Positions 9,460 to 18,148 of a stretch of 64,000 nt of DNA are shown here, piece by piece. The notes under the pieces were generated by a model. The model was not told the origin of the DNA, made no database searches, and saw nothing but the letters and a program-made list of their open reading frames with translations. This DNA is from a virus. Taxonomy: Duplodnaviria; Caudoviricetes. Positions within the stretch are counted from its first letter, which is position 1; every line of letters starts with the position of its first letter. Where the stretch lies: IMG/VR virus record IMGVR_UViG_3300031820_000001, positions 50,931-114,930 of that record; one strand, 5' to 3'. A program made the position numbers and the translations under genes.

Positions 9460-9960
9460 ATGCACAACATCATCCTCTGGTTCGGGCTTGCGATTATCCC
9501 AGTCGTCTGGTTTCTACAAAACGTCGTCCACGAAAGCAGCCACGCCCTCATCCCGTTGTTTAAGGGATGCAAGGTAAAGATCTACCCGTGGCCAAAGTTC
9601 GAGAATGGACGCTGGTACATGGCCTTCTCGACGTGGCAGTGCCAAACGCTTCTGCCTCAGAAGCTTCGTCTGGTCATCTCGGCAGCGCCACGGATCGTCG
9701 ACCTGTTGATCATTGCGGTCACAGTCGCCGTGCAGCCGGCCAACGCCTGGGCGAACACCATTCTGCAGGCCTGGCAGATTGCGGCGCTCATGGACTTCTC
9801 ATTCAACACGGTCGGCATCTTCTACGGGCCAGAGCGAAGAAACGACGCTTGGACGTGCGCCGAACTGGCTGAAATCAAGAACATCAGCATGCTCCGTGTC
9901 TTATCAGTGGCTGCCGTTCTGATCAGCGCCCTGCCCGTAGCCTATCGACTGTTTTTCTGA
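9460..9960 (+). CDS. membrane protein, M50-like zinc metallopeptidase
   Basis: Several hydrophobic helices, HESSH (HExxH) after first TM. Confidence 0.6.
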   Translation: MHNIILWFGLAIIPVVWFLQNVVHESSHALIPLFKGCKVKIYPWPKFENGRWYMAFSTWQCQTLLPQKLRLVISAAPRIVDLLIIAVTVAVQPANAWANTILQAWQIAALMDFSFNTVGIFYGPERRNDAWTCAELAEIKNISMLRVLSVAAVLISALPVAYRLFF

Positions 9961-9987
9961 AAGAACTGTCGGCCTCAACTGTAGGTA
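9958..9987 (+). promoter_or_regulatory. ECF-like leaderless promoter
   Basis: TGAAA-N17-TGTAGGTA-4nt-ATG 9992. Confidence 0.8.
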
Positions 9988-9991
9988 CAGC

Positions 9992-10444
9992 ATGGCCGAC
10001 GGAATCCCCTACCTGATTCAGCGCGTTCGCCGCCGGTCCCAGGTCGCAGAGCACCAAAAGGGCTTCGATCGAATCTTCGAGCTGGACTACATGGGTAGCT
10101 CCGAGTTCGAGTTCGGGACCATTCCCAAGGCGCTCAAGGCGATGCGCGCGAACAAGAGCGACGAGTGGAAGGTCCGGTCGATCACCGTCGGCAAGGACAC
10201 CGCGTACTTCTACGGCGCACCCGACATGATCGGCATCGCCACTCAGGTCTTTGAGGACCAGCTCAAGGAGACCTGGAGCGAGCGCAAGTTCAAGTTCAAA
10301 GAGATCACATACATCTACGAGAGCTACCATCCCGTGAAGGGCAAAAACTTCAACCTGTACGATGCCTGGTGGGCTCTCGCGGAAAGTCCGTTCTTCCTGT
10401 TCAAGAACAAGAAGCACGCCGAGGAGTTCATTGGGATCTTGTGA
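9992..10444 (+). CDS. hypothetical protein (DYMxxxEFEFG family)
   Basis: Shares motif with 46099..46719. Confidence 0.8.
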   Translation: MADGIPYLIQRVRRRSQVAEHQKGFDRIFELDYMGSSEFEFGTIPKALKAMRANKSDEWKVRSITVGKDTAYFYGAPDMIGIATQVFEDQLKETWSERKFKFKEITYIYESYHPVKGKNFNLYDAWWALAESPFFLFKNKKHAEEFIGIL

Positions 10445-10456
10445 TATGGCGACTGG

Positions 10457-10789
10457 ATGAGAGCGACATGTCCACGTTGCCATAAAGAAAACGACTGCTC
10501 TGTGGTGTCAGGCCTCAACCCGGACACTGGTTACAACGGACCAGAAGCGCTGTGTCCTTCTTGTTCAAAGTGGTTCAAGTTTCCGCAGCCACGCGAAGAA
10601 AAAACAATGCCAGACATGTCCGAACGCCCAAAGCCTCCATCTCCCCGCGCGCCAGGTGCCCAGTGGAAGCCCATCGACTCCCTGGCCGATCTGAAAGCCG
10701 TTGCCGAGAACTGGTTCAGTAACCCGACGGACCTGGATTGGGATGAGGTTCGGTTCGTGATGGATGGCATCCGTCGAGTTACAAAGTGA
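10457..10789 (+). CDS. hypothetical Zn-ribbon protein
   Basis: CPRC...CPSC. Confidence 0.6.
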   Translation: MRATCPRCHKENDCSVVSGLNPDTGYNGPEALCPSCSKWFKFPQPREEKTMPDMSERPKPPSPRAPGAQWKPIDSLADLKAVAENWFSNPTDLDWDEVRFVMDGIRRVTK

Positions 10790-11073
10790 CCTGGGAAGAG
10801 GTCGCTGAGCAGTATAAGCAGCTGTTCCCCGGTATGGCGGAACGCATCTGCAAGCGTTCTGAGATTCCAGACGACCTTCTGTACAAAATCGCGCATTCCT
10901 GCCTTCCTGCGAACTGCCTCTGCGGACACAACACGCCGACCCGCTGCCCGTGTGGACAATGGCGGGGAACTTGGAGAGAACAGGGAAGGAACTTCCCTGC
11001 CTGGTGGCGAAAGGCAGGATTCAGAGAACCCGTTTGCCCGTTTTGCGGGCGTCCAGAATGGTGCGAAACATGA
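10786..11073 (+). CDS. hypothetical Cys-rich protein
   Basis: Overlap-coupled. Confidence 0.65.
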   Translation: MTWEEVAEQYKQLFPGMAERICKRSEIPDDLLYKIAHSCLPANCLCGHNTPTRCPCGQWRGTWREQGRNFPAWWRKAGFREPVCPFCGRPEWCET

Positions 11074-11438
11074 GCGGATCAAGCTGCAGGCTGGAATTCA
11101 CCGGACACTCCGACGACATCATCAGCGTTCACCGTGTGAAAACGGTCGAATATTGCGATGCTCGTGGCGACTCCGTACGCGACGATGATGACGAGCTTGG
11201 CTCCTACGGCTCCGACGAGAAGCCAACCAAGATCAAAGTGTCGAACATCGGCGGTTCGCGTGTGTGCTTCGTCTACGCCTTCTACGACGGCACCTGGAGC
11301 TTCTCCGTGTCCATGGTCGAAGAGGAGCGCAGTATCCCGCCGTGGAAGTACACGATCGACCAGCCAGAGCACAAGTACAGCACCCGGCTCACCATCGAGG
11401 CGGATGACGATCTGGTCTACGAGCGCGTGGAAGAGTAA
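11070..11438 (+). CDS. hypothetical protein
   Basis: ATGA-coupled; FTGHSDD motif. Confidence 0.7.
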   Translation: MSGSSCRLEFTGHSDDIISVHRVKTVEYCDARGDSVRDDDDELGSYGSDEKPTKIKVSNIGGSRVCFVYAFYDGTWSFSVSMVEEERSIPPWKYTIDQPEHKYSTRLTIEADDDLVYERVEE

Positions 11439-11761
11439 TGCGCGCCGAGTCCAAGAGGTTGCTCGAAGACTTCCTGTCGCTTCAGGAATACCACCTGAAT
11501 GAGGCCAAGCGTGCCTGGGAGAACATCGTCGAGCACATCAAGAACAACCCGAACCAGATGAACCCTCAGGGCATTTGGCAGCGGGACCAGCTCAACGACA
11601 TGGCCACCATCCAGGCTCTGATCGTCGAGCGTGACCGAGTCGTTCGGGACCTTCGCAACTTCATCGAGAACCCGAAGCCGCGCTTCCAGCACCTCCAGAA
11701 GGTTTCCAAGAAGGAACGCGGCAAGAAGGGCGTAAACCTCGTCAACCCGGCCTGTAGATAG
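11438..11761 (+). CDS. hypothetical protein
   Basis: TAATG coupling. Confidence 0.7.
   Translation: MRAESKRLLEDFLSLQEYHLNEAKRAWENIVEHIKNNPNQMNPQGIWQRDQLNDMATIQALIVERDRVVRDLRNFIENPKPRFQHLQKVSKKERGKKGVNLVNPACR
11731..11760 (+). promoter_or_regulatory. ECF-like leaderless promoter
   Basis: CGTAA-N17-TGTAGATA-5nt-GTG 11766. Confidence 0.7.
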
Positions 11762-11765
11762 ACCT

Positions 11766-12062
11766 GTGAAGAACCTCGAATACTGTCGGCGTCAAATTCA
11801 GCTCTCGATGCTGCGAGCACAGTGGTGGCTTGCCTCTGCTCAGAGCGGCCACTACAAGCAGCGCCAGATCTTCCACGGACCCGTCACCAGCAACGGGCCG
11901 GAGTTCACCGACGACGAGAAGCTCGAAAGCTGTATGGCCACTGCCATGCGCCACATTGAAATCGCCGCCGAGTTCAGCGAGAACCTCGCCGAGGAGGAGA
12001 ATAAGCTCCACGAGGCGCAGCAGCGTTCGATGGACTATCATAGGCCAGATCCGATAGGCTGA
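11766..12062 (+). CDS. hypothetical protein
   Basis: Follows promoter. Confidence 0.7.
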   Translation: MKNLEYCRRQIQLSMLRAQWWLASAQSGHYKQRQIFHGPVTSNGPEFTDDEKLESCMATAMRHIEIAAEFSENLAEEENKLHEAQQRSMDYHRPDPIG

Positions 12063-12457
12063 TGGGTAAGATGCGTCGAGATGCCAAGGGTAGGTTTACC
12101 AAAGCGTTAGCCAAGGTAAGATCTCAGCCGACCACCGACGAGAAACTCGAACGCAAGCTGGTCCGAATCGAACAAGTACAGCGCCAGCTCAGCCTTGCGC
12201 GTCTTGCGCTGGCGTTCAATGCACTGTTCATCGTTGGGTGTGGTGCGCTCGTGGCTGCCGGACCACTTGTTGGCTCGATTCCGATCGGCACCGCTGGCGT
12301 CCTTGGCCTCTTCTGGCGGGCCACCGACTTTAGGGACTCCGGCTACCAATACCTGAGATACCGAGCCACCCATCAGCGGCTGCTCAAGGGTGCCGACAAC
12401 CTCACAAACAAGCTGCTCGTCGAAGAGAACGTCATCAGCCCGCCCGAGAGTGGATAG
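12062..12457 (+). CDS. membrane protein (2 TM)
   Basis: Two hydrophobic segments; TGATG coupling. Confidence 0.7.
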   Translation: MGKMRRDAKGRFTKALAKVRSQPTTDEKLERKLVRIEQVQRQLSLARLALAFNALFIVGCGALVAAGPLVGSIPIGTAGVLGLFWRATDFRDSGYQYLRYRATHQRLLKGADNLTNKLLVEENVISPPESG

Positions 12458-12479
12458 CGCGCAAACGCTTGCGCTCCAC

Positions 12480-12508
12480 TGGACAATTGGGGTTGTGAGC
12501 GAGATAGT
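12480..12508 (+). promoter_or_regulatory. sigma70-type promoter, leaderless
   Basis: TGGACA-N17-GATAGT-7nt-ATG 12516. Confidence 0.45.
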
Positions 12509-12515
12509 GCCCTCG

Positions 12516-12911
12516 ATGAGAATCGTCCACGAGTTCCATGGCAAGCAGCCTCAGGCGACGTGCAGCGCCCATCCGTATGGCAGCACCATCGACGCCCCGC
12601 CGAAGTGGAAGGGCATGCGCGTCGAGTGCCTCGTGGTCGACAGCAGCCAGCCGGAGCACGATGAGAACGGCAAGGAGACCAAGCCGTTCTTCTCCGGCGA
12701 TTGCCTCTACATCGACGGCGATGCTGACAGCGTACGGTCAGCACTTCGAGACCTCATCGATCAAATCGACAGCCTAGAAGAGCTATACAAAGAAGAATTC
12801 GAGAAGAACGCAGCCCAATTCAGGCAGTGTCCGGTCTGTAAAACCTGGGCCCATCCCAAGTACGACTGGCACGGCGACGGTAAGGGCAACGAGTGCAAGT
12901 TCCCACAATGA
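12516..12911 (+). CDS. hypothetical protein with C-terminal Zn-finger
   Basis: CPVC...H...C; ATGA overlap with candidate selenoprotein. Confidence 0.75.
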   Translation: MRIVHEFHGKQPQATCSAHPYGSTIDAPPKWKGMRVECLVVDSSQPEHDENGKETKPFFSGDCLYIDGDADSVRSALRDLIDQIDSLEELYKEEFEKNAAQFRQCPVCKTWAHPKYDWHGDGKGNECKFPQ

Positions 12912-13162
12912 CGCTCTACAAGAAGATCATGCCCGACGGCAGAATCGCCGAGGTTGTTGAACTAACCTTCGGACGAGCCCGCATCATCATCGGTGATGGT
13001 GCAGTGGTTGACGACGGCTGGTGATACGACGAACCTGCGGTAGCGGTCGCTACCCTGATCGCCTGGGACGGCAGCTCTGAACCCGAGGGTTGGATGCGAC
13101 ACCCGTACACGGGTCGCAGAAGGCCGAACGGAGACAAGAGCAAGGAGTACATCTATCTATGA
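12908..13162 (+). CDS. putative selenoprotein (84 aa, in-frame UGA at codon 39)
   Basis: MTLYKK...DDGW(TGA)YDEPAVAVATLIAWDGSSEPEGWMRHPYTGRRRPNGD; ATGA-coupled to both neighbours only if TGA 13022-13024 is read through; SECIS-like hairpin follows. Confidence 0.75.
13039..13054 (+). promoter_or_regulatory. bacterial SECIS-like hairpin
   Basis: GGTAGC-GGTC-GCTACC; 6-bp stem, G-first apical loop 20 nt after the UGA. Confidence 0.65.
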
Positions 13163-13323
13163 GGAAGACCGAAGCTAAGCCTGGCGACGATCGACTCATG
13201 GAGTGCTCGAACTGCGAAGGTCGTGGTTTTCTCTGGGTGCCGAAGAAGACAGCTTGCAAGATCTGCAACGGAAAAGGGTTCGTTGCAAGAAAACAATTCC
13301 CACCAACGGACGAGACAAAATGA
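13159..13323 (+). CDS. small DnaJ-type Zn-finger protein
   Basis: CSNCEGRG...CKICNGKG (CxxCxGxG x2). Confidence 0.7.
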   Translation: MRKTEAKPGDDRLMECSNCEGRGFLWVPKKTACKICNGKGFVARKQFPPTDETK

Positions 13324-13829
13324 GAATCCCCCAGCCACAGATGGAACTACTCAAGCAGCTGATCGTCGGCAGCATTCGGCGCGAGAACTACAAGCCGAAT
13401 CCAGTGGGAGACGCACTTCTCAAGCAGAAGTTCGCCGAGTTTCATGATTTCGAGGGAATTGTGTTCTTTGCGATCACTCCCGAGGGACGTGCAGCCTATG
13501 CCGCACAGATCAATCGTCAAACCGATCAGGAGGACGCCAGCGAAGATGCCAAGCGCACAAACGAAGCAGATCCTGGGCCGGCTGTCCGAATGGCAGCGCA
13601 CGTCAAAGAAGCCGGCATGATTGCTTTCCGGCTTGGTGTCAACAGCGTACGAGCTGGCGTTTCAGCTGAACAGGTCGTCTCAGCAGAGACAGTTCATTCG
13701 ACTCTCAGGACTGCCCTCGGTGCGTCTATCGAAGAGCACATCGTCGATTCGATCGCCCTGTATCTCGTACAGCAGCTCAGCAAAGGCATCGCCGCCGGGC
13801 AGGAAGCGAACCGCCAGGACCAGAAGTGA
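13320..13829 (+). CDS. hypothetical protein
   Basis: ATGA-coupled. Confidence 0.7.
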   Translation: MRIPQPQMELLKQLIVGSIRRENYKPNPVGDALLKQKFAEFHDFEGIVFFAITPEGRAAYAAQINRQTDQEDASEDAKRTNEADPGPAVRMAAHVKEAGMIAFRLGVNSVRAGVSAEQVVSAETVHSTLRTALGASIEEHIVDSIALYLVQQLSKGIAAGQEANRQDQK

Positions 13830-14056
13830 TGCTGACCGAGAAGCCAAACGGACAAACATGCTCTCGTTGTAACAAGCGGCCCGCTACCGCCTGGTGGACC
13901 GACGAGGGCATCATTGCCGCTGTACACGGCATGTTTACGCCCCGTTGCGAGCGCTGCTGTCTCGAAGTGCAATTAGAGAACGCCCAAAGGCTCGCAGCGA
14001 GCATCCCAGCATTGGAGGCTCGCCTTGCCGAGCTGAAACACCTGGAAGGTGAGTGA
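13826..14056 (+). CDS. small Zn-finger/coiled-coil protein
   Basis: CSRC...CERC. Confidence 0.65.
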   Translation: MMLTEKPNGQTCSRCNKRPATAWWTDEGIIAAVHGMFTPRCERCCLEVQLENAQRLAASIPALEARLAELKHLEGE

Positions 14057-14544
14057 TGCTTGACGTGCTCTACAGAATCGAAGACGACATGCACACGCTG
14101 TTGATGCTGCCTGGCTGGCACAGCCTGTACATCAACTACCACCCGCCTGTCGTCGAACGGCTCTGGCGACAGCTTGGCGACCATCGCGTGTACTTGCACC
14201 GCATCCATCCGTGTACGCCCGAACAAGCGCTCTTCCATCCGCATCCGTGGCCGTCGGCGATTCGAGTTCTTGAAGGCTCCTACGAGATGGGAATCGGCTA
14301 CGGCAAGGGGATAGATCCTCCACCTGTGGCCTGTAAGATCCTAGCAAACACGGCCTTCTGCTACGAGATGATCGAGCCCGACGGATGGCACTACGTCCGG
14401 CCCATCAACGCTCCATCGCTCAGTCTGATGGTCACCGGCAAGCCGTGGGAGCGAGAAGCGCCGCGCAGCAACGAACCGCTATCCCCGATGGGACCGGATC
14501 GCGTTGCTGGGCTCATGGAGCGCTTCAAATTGTTTTACCAATGA
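14053..14544 (+). CDS. cupin-fold protein
   Basis: LHRIH...FHPHPWPSAIRVLEGSYE...WHYV. Confidence 0.75.
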   Translation: MMLDVLYRIEDDMHTLLMLPGWHSLYINYHPPVVERLWRQLGDHRVYLHRIHPCTPEQALFHPHPWPSAIRVLEGSYEMGIGYGKGIDPPPVACKILANTAFCYEMIEPDGWHYVRPINAPSLSLMVTGKPWEREAPRSNEPLSPMGPDRVAGLMERFKLFYQ

Positions 14545-14738
14545 ACCAGAAATACACATACGAACAGCTAATCGAGAAAATCATCCGCGCAAAGATCGCT
14601 CTAGAGAAGGCTCCAAGGGGCAGAGGGCATAGCAACTTCTGTCCGATGGAAGATCCAGAGAGCTACGCTCCGTGCAACTGCGGAGCGAGCGATGCAAACC
14701 GTCCGATTCAGGAGGCGCTTGACGCGTTGAAGCTCTAA
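14541..14738 (+). CDS. hypothetical protein
   Basis: Coupled at both ends; H..C..CNCG. Confidence 0.65.
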   Translation: MNQKYTYEQLIEKIIRAKIALEKAPRGRGHSNFCPMEDPESYAPCNCGASDANRPIQEALDALKL

Positions 14739-14968
14739 TGCCGACCGCAATGCACTGGTACAACATGGCCGCTCAGAAGTGGGGCGACGTCGACCCGAAG
14801 GATGACAAGGCTGTCGAGGATTTCTTTGTGAAGACGTTCCACACGTTGGACAAGAAATCCCGAGAGTCCGTCATGAAGTTCTTGCTTGGGCGCGACGGTC
14901 CAGCCAAAATCCCGCCTGACTGTGACTGTTCCTCTTGTGTGAAGCGGAGAAAGTTAGATGGGCGATAA
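14738..14968 (+). CDS. hypothetical protein
   Basis: TAATG coupling. Confidence 0.65.
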   Translation: MPTAMHWYNMAAQKWGDVDPKDDKAVEDFFVKTFHTLDKKSRESVMKFLLGRDGPAKIPPDCDCSSCVKRRKLDGR

Positions 14969-15998
14969 GACCGGAATCTCATGGACCTCAGCTACTTGGA
15001 ATCCAATCAGAGGCTGCGCACGTGTCTCTGAAGGTTGCCGGCACTGCTACGCCGAGACGATGGCTGGCCGTTTCTCCGACGAGGGTCAGCCGTACTATCA
15101 GCTCGTCAAGCGCACCCCCAAAGGGGCTCGCTGGACGGGTGAAGTCCGGTTCATCACCGAGCATCTCATCGACCCGGTCCGCTGGAGCAAAGCGAGGAAA
15201 ATCTTCGTTAACTCGATGAGCGATTTGTTCTTCGAGAAGCTCACAAACGAAGAAATCGCCGCCATCTTCGGAATCATGGCGGTCTGTAAGCAGCACACGT
15301 TCCAGGTTCTCACCAAGCGCTCTGCGCGCATGAAGGAATGGTTTGCGTGGGCCGGCAGGCTCTCGATGCCAGAGCTGCTCGGATACGCGTATAGAGCGCT
15401 CAAGGACCGTCCTGACGACCTCAAGGCGTTCGCCAAGGCCGACTCGAACATGGGCGGCTACGTGTGGCCGTTGCCGAACGTGTGGCTTGGCGTGTCTGTA
15501 GAGGACCAGGAAGCGGCCGACAAGCGCATTCCCGACCTGCTGGCGACGCCGGCTGTTGTTCGGTTCCTGTCCTGTGAGCCGCTGATCGGTCAGGTTGACT
15601 TGTCCGAGTGGCTGATGGAGCCGACGGGCAAGTTCCGCACGCACAACAACACGCGCCAGTACCAGCTCAAGATCAAGCTTAACCACGGCCTGGGCTGGGT
15701 CATTGCTGGTTGCGAGAGCGGACCTGGAATGCGTGCGTGCGACCACAGATGGCTCAGGCTGCTGCGTGATCAGTGTGAGGCTGCTGGCGTTCCGTATTTC
15801 TTGAAGCAGGCAACTGCTGCGCAAGAGGGCGGACACAGGCTGTATCCGAGCGGACAGGCTGCACGCTCGGAAGTGGTCGACGTGGTCAGCGGCGGAAATG
15901 GCTCGAAAATCAAGCCCGGCGGTGTTATCGAGAGGCCTTACCTGGACGGCGTCCAGCACCAGGCCTTCCCAGATGACCAAAAGAAAAAAGCAGCGTAG
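14958..15998 (+). CDS. phage Gp37/Gp68 family (DUF5131) radical-SAM-like protein
   Basis: ISWTSATWNPIRGCARVSEGCRHCYA, IFVNSMSDLF, LTKR, NVWLGVSVE, FLSCEPL. Confidence 0.92.
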   Translation: MGDKTGISWTSATWNPIRGCARVSEGCRHCYAETMAGRFSDEGQPYYQLVKRTPKGARWTGEVRFITEHLIDPVRWSKARKIFVNSMSDLFFEKLTNEEIAAIFGIMAVCKQHTFQVLTKRSARMKEWFAWAGRLSMPELLGYAYRALKDRPDDLKAFAKADSNMGGYVWPLPNVWLGVSVEDQEAADKRIPDLLATPAVVRFLSCEPLIGQVDLSEWLMEPTGKFRTHNNTRQYQLKIKLNHGLGWVIAGCESGPGMRACDHRWLRLLRDQCEAAGVPYFLKQATAAQEGGHRLYPSGQAARSEVVDVVSGGNGSKIKPGGVIERPYLDGVQHQAFPDDQKKKAA

Positions 15999-16437
15999 CG
16001 AGGGTCTCGCCGGAGTTGTGGCACTTCTAATCCCGGCGGACGTTGTGCCAGAAGGAGGAGATCCTCTGGCCACAAGGACAACGCCGGCCGACGAACCCGG
16101 CAAAGAACTGGACCCTACGCTCGATCTAATCTCGCAGTCGTTCAAGCACTGCGACGAGTACATCGAAGACCAGTCTCAGCCGGAATGCCTGCGCAAGTTC
16201 CTTGATCGCGCTCGCATGCCAGCGCATGGGATGCTGCTTAAGGAACCATACCCAAAGCTATTCGCCACCTACCAAGGAAATGACTGGCTGGGCGTCTCCA
16301 AAGGAGACCGAGTGCGCGTGGTGATGGCTAGCCGGATGGGCGACGTCGGCTGCACGAAGAATCTCAACGCCGACTCCGGCTACCAGATTCGTTGCCCGGT
16401 CGACAGCCTGTCTGATTTTAGTGAAAGCCCGTTCTAG
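15973..16437 (+). CDS. hypothetical protein
   Basis: RVRVVMASRMGDVG motif. Confidence 0.7.
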   Translation: MTKRKKQRSEGLAGVVALLIPADVVPEGGDPLATRTTPADEPGKELDPTLDLISQSFKHCDEYIEDQSQPECLRKFLDRARMPAHGMLLKEPYPKLFATYQGNDWLGVSKGDRVRVVMASRMGDVGCTKNLNADSGYQIRCPVDSLSDFSESPF

Positions 16438-16451
16438 GCGGATTGTAGGCA
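16422..16451 (+). promoter_or_regulatory. ECF-like leaderless promoter
   Basis: TGAAA-N17-TGTAGGCA-4nt-ATG 16456. Confidence 0.75.
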
Positions 16452-16455
16452 GGTG

Positions 16456-16641
16456 ATGTCAAAAAAGGTGTGTCGCTACTGCAAATTGCCGTGGCCAGGC
16501 GATGAATCGATAACCCTCGAAGACCTGGCTAAGGGCGTGAAGTCTGACCTGCCGGTCTGCATCAAGGCCCCACCGCCAGATCGCTGGTTCAAAGACAGCG
16601 GCATCAACGGCCACATGTTCGATGAAATAGTTGAGGAGTAG
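16456..16641 (+). CDS. small Zn-binding protein
   Basis: Follows promoter; CRYC...C...H. Confidence 0.65.
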   Translation: MSKKVCRYCKLPWPGDESITLEDLAKGVKSDLPVCIKAPPPDRWFKDSGINGHMFDEIVEE

Positions 16642-16652
16642 GTCTGTAGGTA
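16623..16652 (+). promoter_or_regulatory. ECF-like leaderless promoter
   Basis: TGAAA-N17-TGTAGGTA-4nt-ATG 16657. Confidence 0.8.
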
Positions 16653-16656
16653 GGTT

Positions 16657-17070
16657 ATGCCCAGCTGTCGTCAATGCGGCGAACCTCTGAAGACCGGCTC
16701 CACGGTGACGTGCCTCAAGAGCACGTGCCAGGAGGCCGAGTACCACGACAATCAAGCGCGCAACAAGAAGCCGCGCCGGTTGAAGCCCAAGGAGGGCGCT
16801 CTCAAGGCAGATGGCACCCGCTGGACAAACCAGCCTGGCGGCATTCAGAAGCTGGAGATTCGCGACGGTAAGGACGACCCCTGGTTCAACAACGAGCTGC
16901 AGTTCGCTCGTCTGATCTACGAGATCATGGCCATGCAGTCGATCGACGAAGGCCAGTGGACGGTCATGCAGCAAGACCTCCAGAAGGCGCTGGGCATGAC
17001 CGAGAGCCAGGTGACCAGCATCTTCATGCGCGCGAGCGACGTGCTGCGGAAGGCAGGGCTCCGTGGCTAA
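16657..17070 (+). CDS. hypothetical protein, N-terminal Zn-finger
   Basis: CRQC...CLKSTC. Confidence 0.75.
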   Translation: MPSCRQCGEPLKTGSTVTCLKSTCQEAEYHDNQARNKKPRRLKPKEGALKADGTRWTNQPGGIQKLEIRDGKDDPWFNNELQFARLIYEIMAMQSIDEGQWTVMQQDLQKALGMTESQVTSIFMRASDVLRKAGLRG

Positions 17071-17425
17071 GCGTAAACCCAGAGTGCTGGACCGCCGCGA
17101 GATCGGCATGTACCTCAGCAAGGGGAAGGCCGGCTGCCACGTCCATCTCCTTTATGAGGTGTTCTATAGCGACGGGACCACGAAGCTCGAACGAGGACAT
17201 ACGATCTTCGCTCAACCCGGTCTTCGTGACCTCAACCCATGGATGATGAAGTCCAAGGCTGAGAAGAAATTTCAGAAGCTGACGTACCGGCCTGACCTCA
17301 GCGCCATCATGGACATGATGGTCATCGGCTGGGAGCGGCTATCCAGCGCCTGCTATTCCGCAGACCGGCACACCGAAGAGCCGGTCAAAATCAAGATGGT
17401 CAGCAAAAGGAAAAAGCGTGGGTAA
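17063..17425 (+). CDS. hypothetical protein
   Basis: ORF in chain. Confidence 0.7.
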   Translation: MAKRKPRVLDRREIGMYLSKGKAGCHVHLLYEVFYSDGTTKLERGHTIFAQPGLRDLNPWMMKSKAEKKFQKLTYRPDLSAIMDMMVIGWERLSSACYSADRHTEEPVKIKMVSKRKKRG

Positions 17426-17777
17426 CAATCAGGCATACAGGTTCATGGAAGAGACCGTCATGGGGGCATATAACGCCGGTCTTCTCAAGGTAAGGCTACT
17501 CAAGATCCTGCTTGAGCCTTATCGCGGAACAGACATCGATTCCGGCGGCAGTCAGGATCTCAAAGCCAAGAACGGCCTCGAAGTTCCAGATATCGTCATC
17601 AAGCTGCTTGCACCGGACAAGTTCAAGAAGTTGGAGCCTATGCGGCTCGCTCTTCTGAAGCATCCCAAGAAGTACGACAAGCTGACCGAGAAGCAGCAGC
17701 TCGAACAAGAGAAGTATTACGAGGCTCGCTATGACGCCTTTCACAAGATCACCACGAAGATGTTCGGCTGGTGCTGA
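17418..17777 (+). CDS. hypothetical protein
   Basis: ORF in chain. Confidence 0.7.
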   Translation: MGNNQAYRFMEETVMGAYNAGLLKVRLLKILLEPYRGTDIDSGGSQDLKAKNGLEVPDIVIKLLAPDKFKKLEPMRLALLKHPKKYDKLTEKQQLEQEKYYEARYDAFHKITTKMFGWC

Positions 17778-18148
17778 AGCTCGCTGACCTATACGCGAAG
17801 CTGCCTTCGATCTCGTGCAAGGGCCTCTGCCATGATGCCTGCGGCGTCATCATGTGCTCCAAGGCCGAGAAGGATGCCATCGCTGTCCTCACGGGACGTC
17901 GAGTAAAGACCATCCCGGATGTCGTGGCGCCGATTCACAAGAACCACGTAATGTTGCGGCCGACGGAAGAGTTGAACTGCAGCTATCTCAAGAAGCAGCG
18001 CTGCACCATCTATTCGGCACGGCCAATGATCTGTCGGCTCTATGGAGTCGCTGACGGAATGCTGTGCCCGCACGGCTGTATCCCAAGTCGAGTCGTATCC
18101 AAGCAGGAAGCCCATGACCTCGTTGAGGCTGCGGCGGAGATCAAATAA
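17771..18148 (+). CDS. YkgJ-family cysteine cluster protein
   Basis: CKGLCHDAC...CSYL...CTIYSARPMICRLYG. Confidence 0.85.
   Translation: MLKLADLYAKLPSISCKGLCHDACGVIMCSKAEKDAIAVLTGRRVKTIPDVVAPIHKNHVMLRPTEELNCSYLKKQRCTIYSARPMICRLYGVADGMLCPHGCIPSRVVSKQEAHDLVEAAAEIK

Noticed and set aside
14988-16163. Long antisense ORFs (also 60556..61437, 33172..33879 and others)
   Set aside because: Shadow ORFs of high-GC3 genes on the opposite strand; no motifs.
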